Part shown: positions 43,097-48,679 of the stretch, in pieces | Layout of the letters: every line of letters begins with the position of its first letter | Numbering within the stretch: the stretch's first letter is position 1 | Assembly: GCA_039924325.1 (NCBI GenBank) | Contig: JBDTAZ010000033.1 | Location: forward strand, 1 to 48,679 | Length of the DNA stretch: 48,679 nt | From: Gemmatimonadaceae bacterium | GTDB lineage: Bacteria; Gemmatimonadota; Gemmatimonadetes; Gemmatimonadales; Gemmatimonadaceae | Reading direction: 5' to 3' | Translations under genes and position numbers: made by a program | Notes under the pieces: generated by a model | What the model was told of the DNA's origin: nothing | Databases searched by the model: none | What the model saw: the letters and a program-made list of their open reading frames with translations, nothing else

Positions 43097-44865
43097 CATT
43101 TACATTCTTCGTCTATCTGCTGATTGTCACAACGCTTCTCGCGGGAGCAGCGGCTGCGGCCGAGTGGGGAGCGCCTAGGCGCGGTGCGACGAGACACATA
43201 TGGACCGCCGCGATTGCGCTATCGATTCTGGGACCGGCTACTGCTATTACGTGGCAGGTATTGTCCCAGCGCGAAGGCACGGCCGACGTGGTTTCGCTCG
43301 GCGCGCTGACTAGCGGCGTAACGGAACTAGCGCCTGTGCAGATGGGTCCTGCGCATCCATCCGTATGGACCGATATCACACAGGCAGTCACGAGCCTTCG
43401 GTCTGGAGTTGGACGGTTTGCCGAGTCGATGCCTCAGTGGAGTCCGCAAGCAGCCAAATTGGCGCTTGCGGCATGGCTGCTCCTGTCGCTCGCGCTTTCC
43501 ATCTGGCTGCTGGCGAGCGTGTATTCGTTGCGCCGTTCGCAGCGAGAGTGGAAGCGAATGACAATAGACGGCGTCGACGTGGACGTTTCCCCGTCCGCCG
43601 GCCCGGCGGTGTTCGGCTTTACGTCGCATCGAATAGTGCTTCCCGAGTGGGCAACCAGGCTCGAGCTTGAGCGGCGCCAACTGATTATTGCGCACGAGAG
43701 CGAACACATCAAAGCGCGCGACCCGCAGCGGCTTGCGATGGCGCTCGTGACGCTGATGGTTATGCCGTGGAACATCGCGTTGTGGTGGTGTGCGGCGCGG
43801 CTCCGTCGAGCCATCGAACTGGATTGTGACGACCGTGTGCTTCGGAGATTTCCAGATGCCAAGGAGTACGGCTACGTCCTGCTCCACGTCGCGTCGCGTG
43901 GCCGGAACTCAAGTCGGCTCGCGATACCGATGGTGTCGTTGCTGCGAATGCCATCCGAGTTGGAACTTCGGCTTCGGGCAATGAGCCGGACGAGAAAGTC
44001 CGGGTACAGAAGCGCAGTTATGGGCGCTGTGGTCGCGCTGGTTGCGGTGTCGGCTGCGTTTACCGCTCCAGCGCCATGGCCGGCACCAGCTGACGCAGTC
44101 TCCGGTGTAAGCGCGAACTACGCGGCGACTGATCGCGCGAGCGACACCGTGCCGGATAGAGCGAGGCAGCGCCTGAGGGATAGCCTGACCAACGACTCGA
44201 TAGCACGCACCGTTGAGCGCGGTCAAGCCAACCCGAATCAAACGTATTTCGCGTACCAGGTGGAGAAGCCCGCATATATGCGCTCGGGTTCGCCAGAGTA
44301 TCCAGCGAAGCTTCGCAGTGCCGGCATAGAAGGAGAAGTAGACGTCGAGTTTACCGTGGATACATCTGGCCGAGTAGATCCAAATACAGCAATCAAGGTT
44401 ACCAAGTCGACCAATGATCTCTTCGAGGCCGCAGTGCTCAGCGCGCTTCCGATCATGCGGTTTTCACCGGCGGAAGTTGGCGGCAGGAAGGTCAAGCAGC
44501 TTGTGCAAGAACCGTTCACATTCGCAATCAGCAACTCCACGGAGCCAAGCAATCCGCACGCTCCATATTCCGCGAAGCAGGTAGAAAAGCCGGTCGCCTT
44601 CCGCCGGGGGTCGCCGATGCCCCAATACCCGCCTAGTTTGAGGGCGCAAGGAGCGGGAGGCGAAGTGCACGCGCAGTTTGTGGTGGATACTCTTGGGCGA
44701 GTAGAACGAGGATCAATCAGATTGACAATGTCAACCAACCGGCAGTTTGCTGAAGCCGTGTTGACGGCGCTGCCGAACATGCTGTTCATCCCGGCAGAGA
44801 TCGGGGGGAAAAAGGTAAGACAACTCGCGCAGGAACCGTTCACGTTCACAATTTCGCACCAATGA
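43093..44865 (+). CDS. M56 (BlaR1-like) membrane metalloprotease-sensor fused to two tandem TonB_C domains
   Basis: 590 aa with N-terminal TMs and the zinc motif IIAHESEHIKARD (HExxH). TonB_C domain 1 runs about 44238..44535 (YPAKLRSAGIEGEVDVEFTVDTSGRVD...). Domain 2 runs about 44560..44862 (YPPSLRAQGAGGEVHAQFVVDTLGRVE...). Confidence 0.85.
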   Translation: MTFTFFVYLLIVTTLLAGAAAAAEWGAPRRGATRHIWTAAIALSILGPATAITWQVLSQREGTADVVSLGALTSGVTELAPVQMGPAHPSVWTDITQAVTSLRSGVGRFAESMPQWSPQAAKLALAAWLLLSLALSIWLLASVYSLRRSQREWKRMTIDGVDVDVSPSAGPAVFGFTSHRIVLPEWATRLELERRQLIIAHESEHIKARDPQRLAMALVTLMVMPWNIALWWCAARLRRAIELDCDDRVLRRFPDAKEYGYVLLHVASRGRNSSRLAIPMVSLLRMPSELELRLRAMSRTRKSGYRSAVMGAVVALVAVSAAFTAPAPWPAPADAVSGVSANYAATDRASDTVPDRARQRLRDSLTNDSIARTVERGQANPNQTYFAYQVEKPAYMRSGSPEYPAKLRSAGIEGEVDVEFTVDTSGRVDPNTAIKVTKSTNDLFEAAVLSALPIMRFSPAEVGGRKVKQLVQEPFTFAISNSTEPSNPHAPYSAKQVEKPVAFRRGSPMPQYPPSLRAQGAGGEVHAQFVVDTLGRVERGSIRLTMSTNRQFAEAVLTALPNMLFIPAEIGGKKVRQLAQEPFTFTISHQ

Positions 44866-44924
44866 CGACCTATCAAAACATGCGCGGGTGTTGACTGAGC
44901 CTGCAACATTTGCGCATGTAGGAC

Positions 44925-44948
44925 GTGGCCGCTGGTACTGGCGGCCAC
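44925..44948 (+). terminator. Hairpin after the blaR1-like gene (weak terminator/attenuator candidate)
   Basis: GTGGCCGC-TGGTACTG-GCGGCCAC is an 8-bp perfect GC-rich stem with no T-tract. Confidence 0.3.
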
Positions 44949-45042
44949 GCCGAAGCGGGGACATGTTATCGCTGTAACTCGCGCTTACACGGACGGGTAA
45001 GTTCATATTCGACTCGGTGCGCATGAAACGTGATCCATCGCA

Positions 45043-48000
45043 ATGCTTAACTCCGCTCAGGAGATAGCTGCAGCACCGACTCTGAGAGGAATCGGTTCGA
45101 ACTCGCGGCTGCGGTGGTTCACGATTGCGGTCGCGCTTTTCGGAAGCGTTGCGATGGCGAGTGCACTTGCCGCGCAAACTCATCATGACACCATCCGCGG
45201 CGCGGTTACGACTGATAGCGGCGCTGTGATTTCCGGAGCCGATGTCATTATCACCATGGCTCCGGCTCGTGAGTCTCGCGCCACGAAGGCCGACGCCAGC
45301 GGACACTATTCGCTGGAATTCGAACTGGGAACGGGCGACTACCTGGTTCACATCTCCGCTGTTGGCTATGGCACGCTCAGAAAGCGCGTGACTCGAAGCG
45401 GGACGGATTCGGTATTCACGGTTAACGCGAAATTGGCGAAGGCCGGAGTACAGAAACTAGCCACTGTTCAAGTCACTGCAGAAAAGCCGATGCCTCAACG
45501 GATGAACGGAGTGTATGGAACTGGAGTCGGCGCCGCCGAGGACATCGCGGACGGCCTTCTCGGAGCAGTAAACCCGGACCAGGCTGGCAATCTCGCGGCT
45601 ATCGGCGCAACCATTGCTGGAATCGCAATGACGCCTGGCGGCCTCTCGGTTGGCGGACTGCGCGGTCAGAACTCCACCACGCTGAATGGGATGGCGTTCA
45701 GCGGCGCGGATATACCGCGTGCGGCACAAACCGATATCCGGGTGTCGCGCTCCACTTACGATCCGGCACTTGGCTGGTTTGGTGGACTGAACCAAGCCGT
45801 TTACCTGAGCGAAGGAAACATATTCTCGAGTCGCAAAGTGGATCTCACGATCGACACGCCGCTTTTACAGTACACGGATCCGATTTCGGCGCGCATGGGA
45901 CACCGGTTCACGAACATCAATGCAGATTTCGGCGGCGATGGGTCGATCGATCAGGACAAGTACATTTACAGTTACGGCCTTCACGCCGGGCTCCGGAAGT
46001 CTGACGTAGTCTCGCTGGGCGGAGCGGCGCCGGACTTGCTACAGCGCGCAGGCGTATCTGCAGACTCGGCGGCACGGCTGTTCGATATACTGTCGGCCGC
46101 GGGAGTTCCGCGAACAACACAGAAATCTCCGTCATCGCTCGAGTCGCCGGACGCGACGTTCATCGCGCGGATCGACCATGCACCGTACAATTGGACAACG
46201 TTCGAGCCGTCCAAAACTACCTGGGGCCTGCTTGCGTACGGAAAGCTTGCGCACGACAATGCCACAGGCATAACACCGACCGCAACCGCCGCGTATGGTG
46301 GCTCGAGCTCCAGCGCGATCGGCATGCTCCAGGCGCTCTATTCGACATACATCCACGGCGATTATCTGAATGAGGAGCGTAGCGCATTCAGCTATTCGCG
46401 AGACCACTCCGAGCCCTTCCTCTCCCTACCGGGCGGCAGAGTATTGGTTGCGTCGTCGTTTCCTGACGGAACCGGCGGCCTGACTTCGCTTGATTTCGGC
46501 GGCAACGGCGGCCTCCTTTCCGACACCCGGCGATGGACATGGGAGACGACGAGCGAGACGCAGTTCTACGCGCACGGGAGACAGGCGCACCGCGTAAAGC
46601 TAAATGCTGATTCGCGCCTCGACGGTATCAGTGAGGAGACGCCAGTCAACTCGCTCGGCACCTTCGCGTTCAACTCGCTCGCCGATCTGTCAGCAAACCA
46701 GGCTGCAAGCTTCACACGCTCGTTGAACAATCCAGGGCTAACTGGTTCGGTGTGGAATGGATTTCTCGCGGCGAGTGACATGTGGCGGATATCATCGAGT
46801 TTTCAATTGCTTTACGGCGCGCGACTCGAAGGCAATAGATATACATCATCACCCGCCTCCAATCCGGCGGTTGAGTCGACATTCGGACTCCGCACGGATC
46901 AGACGCCAAATACCGCTCACCTGAGCCCGCGAATCGGTTTCACGTGGGTTCGCCACAGTCCCAACAATAGCGGCACCGGCACAGAGTTCAATCGCTTTGG
47001 CCAGTTTCATTTTGGTCCTGTCAGCTACGTCCGAGGCGGAATTGGCGAATTCCGCAGCATACTTCCGGCCGATTTGCTCACCGGTGCGTCGTCAGCTACG
47101 GGGCTTCCCGACGGACATGAATCGATAACATGCGTCGGATCGGCGACTCCTGTTCCGGACTGGAGCCAGTACACGAGTGACTCCGGGCTCATTCCGACGC
47201 AATGCGTCGGCGGTAGTGCTCCAGCGTTCAGCGACGGCGCACCTTCGGTTCAGTTATTCGATCCCGCGTATACCGCGCCGCGGACCTGGCGGGCCAACCT
47301 CGCGTATTCCTCAACGTACAAGAACTATTTCACCTATTCACTCGAAGGCTTGTATTCGCTGAACATCAACCAGGCGGGCCGGCGTGACGTGAATTTTGCG
47401 GACGTCGAGAGGTTTACGCTGTCGGATGAAGGGAGACCGGTCTTCGTCGACCCGGGAAGTATCGTGAGCACGAGCGGCGTGGTGTCCACGGTCGATGCAA
47501 GGGTGTCGCCACTCTTTGGACAGGTGATCGACAACGTGTCAACGCTCACGTCGCGCAGCAAGCAGCTGACGCTCGGGATTTCCCCGCTTCTGCAGGGCGT
47601 CCGCAACTGGTATGTCTCGCTCAACTACACGTTGGCCCAGAGCCGTGCAAAAGAAAGCGGGTTCGACGGTTCGACATTCGGCAGCCCGCTCGCACGCGAT
47701 TGGGGACGCGGCGACCTCGACATTCGCCACCAGGTGCTACTGCGGGGCGGCTATGGGTTCAAGAATTTTTCGCTCACGTTGTTCGGCCGGTTGCAGTCCG
47801 GACTTCCGTTCACGCCGATGGTCGGTGGCGACGTTAATGGGGATGGCTTGGCCAATGACCGCGCGTTTATCTTCAATCCGGCCACGATGGGGGATGCGTC
47901 TCTCGCGTCGGCAACGCGAGCGCTGCTCGCCTCTTCGTCGCAAAACGTGCGCGATTGTCTCACGCAGCAGACCGGTCATGCTGCTGCTCGCAACAGTTGT

Positions 48001-48679
48001 GAAGGGCCGTGGACAACTGCGCTCAATGCGCAGCTCAGCTACAGCCGCGAGATGCCATTCACACAACAATACGGTACAATTTCTCTCGCGTTTTCCAACC
48101 CCCTTGGCGGACTGGATCAGTTGCTCCACGGCGCAAATCATCTGCGAGGATGGGGGACCGCTGCATACCCGGATCCGGTGCTCTACACACCACGCGGATT
48201 TGATCCTGCGGCCGAGCGCTTCAAATACGTGATCAATCCGCGCTTCGGAAATACGCAGCCGTCGAACACGCTACTACGCTCACCGTTCCGCGTCACCCTC
48301 GACGTCTCTTTGACGGTCGGCCGCACTCTGCCGCAGCAACAGCTCAATCAGTGGATCAAGCCGGGCCGCGGCGGACGCAAGGGACCAAAATTGTCTGTCA
48401 AGGAACTCACTCGGCGCTACGCCCGCAACGTCCCCAACCCATACACCGACATACTCGAGCAATCGGATTCGTTGCTGCTGACTCGAGATCAGGCAGACGC
48501 GCTTACCAAGGCGGACACTGCGTATCGCCAACGAATAGACAGCGTCTGGACGACGCTCTCCGAATACCTCTCCGCGCTTCCGGATGATTTTGATTCTGCG
48601 GACGCTTTGCAGCATCAGGAAAATGCGGTGGAAAGCGCGTGGGAACTGACGCGGAACGATCTGAACAAGACCTTACCCA
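45043..48679 (+). CDS. Large outer-membrane protein (CarboxypepD_reg + TonB-dependent-receptor-like barrel + C-terminal extension), 3'-truncated by the window edge; paralog of 178..3642
   Basis: Absent from the ORF track because it has no stop in the window. The frame is open from the TGA at 45031 to the end, with first ATG at 45043. The other two plus frames are broken by listed short ORFs. It reads MLNSAQEIAAAPTLRGIGSNSRLRWFTIAVALFGSVAMASALAAQ, then TIRGAVTTDSGAVISGADVIIT...ASGHYSLEF..GDYLVHISAVGY. Later blocks are GGDVNGDGLANDRAFIF, CEGPW, and NVPNPYTDILEQSDSLLLTRDQADAL...IDSVWTTLSEYL, matching the first OMP. Confidence 0.8.
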   Translation, partial: MLNSAQEIAAAPTLRGIGSNSRLRWFTIAVALFGSVAMASALAAQTHHDTIRGAVTTDSGAVISGADVIITMAPARESRATKADASGHYSLEFELGTGDYLVHISAVGYGTLRKRVTRSGTDSVFTVNAKLAKAGVQKLATVQVTAEKPMPQRMNGVYGTGVGAAEDIADGLLGAVNPDQAGNLAAIGATIAGIAMTPGGLSVGGLRGQNSTTLNGMAFSGADIPRAAQTDIRVSRSTYDPALGWFGGLNQAVYLSEGNIFSSRKVDLTIDTPLLQYTDPISARMGHRFTNINADFGGDGSIDQDKYIYSYGLHAGLRKSDVVSLGGAAPDLLQRAGVSADSAARLFDILSAAGVPRTTQKSPSSLESPDATFIARIDHAPYNWTTFEPSKTTWGLLAYGKLAHDNATGITPTATAAYGGSSSSAIGMLQALYSTYIHGDYLNEERSAFSYSRDHSEPFLSLPGGRVLVASSFPDGTGGLTSLDFGGNGGLLSDTRRWTWETTSETQFYAHGRQAHRVKLNADSRLDGISEETPVNSLGTFAFNSLADLSANQAASFTRSLNNPGLTGSVWNGFLAASDMWRISSSFQLLYGARLEGNRYTSSPASNPAVESTFGLRTDQTPNTAHLSPRIGFTWVRHSPNNSGTGTEFNRFGQFHFGPVSYVRGGIGEFRSILPADLLTGASSATGLPDGHESITCVGSATPVPDWSQYTSDSGLIPTQCVGGSAPAFSDGAPSVQLFDPAYTAPRTWRANLAYSSTYKNYFTYSLEGLYSLNINQAGRRDVNFADVERFTLSDEGRPVFVDPGSIVSTSGVVSTVDARVSPLFGQVIDNVSTLTSRSKQLTLGISPLLQGVRNWYVSLNYTLAQSRAKESGFDGSTFGSPLARDWGRGDLDIRHQVLLRGGYGFKNFSLTLFGRLQSGLPFTPMVGGDVNGDGLANDRAFIFNPATMGDASLASATRALLASSSQNVRDCLTQQTGHAAARNSCEGPWTTALNAQLSYSREMPFTQQYGTISLAFSNPLGGLDQLLHGANHLRGWGTAAYPDPVLYTPRGFDPAAERFKYVINPRFGNTQPSNTLLRSPFRVTLDVSLTVGRTLPQQQLNQWIKPGRGGRKGPKLSVKELTRRYARNVPNPYTDILEQSDSLLLTRDQADALTKADTAYRQRIDSVWTTLSEYLSALPDDFDSADALQHQENAVESAWELTRNDLNKTLP

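Noticed and set aside
45093-45101. GGTTCGAAC, resembling a tRNA T-loop.
   Set aside because: No complementary T-stem or acceptor stem surrounds it. It lies inside the N-terminal coding region (…GIGSNSRLR…) of the OMP gene.
1-48679. Mobile elements, prophage, CRISPR, toxin-antitoxin or known defence-system genes.
   Set aside because: I saw no integrase, transposase or recombinase motifs, no terminal inverted repeats or spaced repeat arrays, and no nuclease/helicase/methylase-type proteins in any frame.

Overview
High-GC (roughly 60% by eye) bacterial chromosomal window with about 50 protein genes. I saw no rRNA, tRNA, CRISPR array, transposase or integrase. Genes lie in long co-directional blocks: 178-22167 all minus, 22214-26074 plus, 26143-42612 minus, 42725-end plus. 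Many junctions have 1-8 nt start/stop overlaps. The protein repertoire suggests a Gemmatimonadota/Acidobacteriota-like diderm (inference only): giant CarboxypepD_reg-type outer-membrane barrels, an M56/BlaR1-TonB_C fusion, several TonB/ExbBD components and an inositol-phosphate synthase. Housekeeping content: aspartate ammonia-lyase, MBL hydrolase, TrxB, SDR, PHP phosphoesterase, a 2-oxoacid dehydrogenase E1alpha/E1beta/E2 operon, ino1 plus a CDP-alcohol phosphatidyltransferase, and NamZ-like/SSS transporter/BadF-type kinase genes. Also an A-type Fe-S carrier, Qor, a DAACS and an APC transporter, membrane pyrophosphatase, a TonB-ExbB-ExbD-ExbD-TonB cluster, a four-gene double two-component cassette, ornithine aminotransferase, an alkaline-phosphatase-superfamily enzyme and BlaI/BlaR1-like genes. 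Two edge-truncated genes are missing from the ORF track: an Rrf2-type regulator start at 1-79 (minus) and a >1212-aa outer-membrane protein at 45043-48679 (plus). The latter is a paralog of the 178-3642 protein. The most interesting region is 178-7897. It is a tightly coupled minus-strand array of: secreted alpha/beta-hydrolase, SdpR-type repressor, a disrupted SdpI-type membrane protein, two tandem paralogous 72-aa secreted four-cysteine peptides, a membrane-anchored monothiol thioredoxin-fold protein, a beta-propeller-like protein and a giant OMP. I read this as a candidate, apparently undescribed, secreted-peptide (toxin or signal) production/sensing module of a diderm. All functional calls rest on motif recognition by eye; no searches were run.
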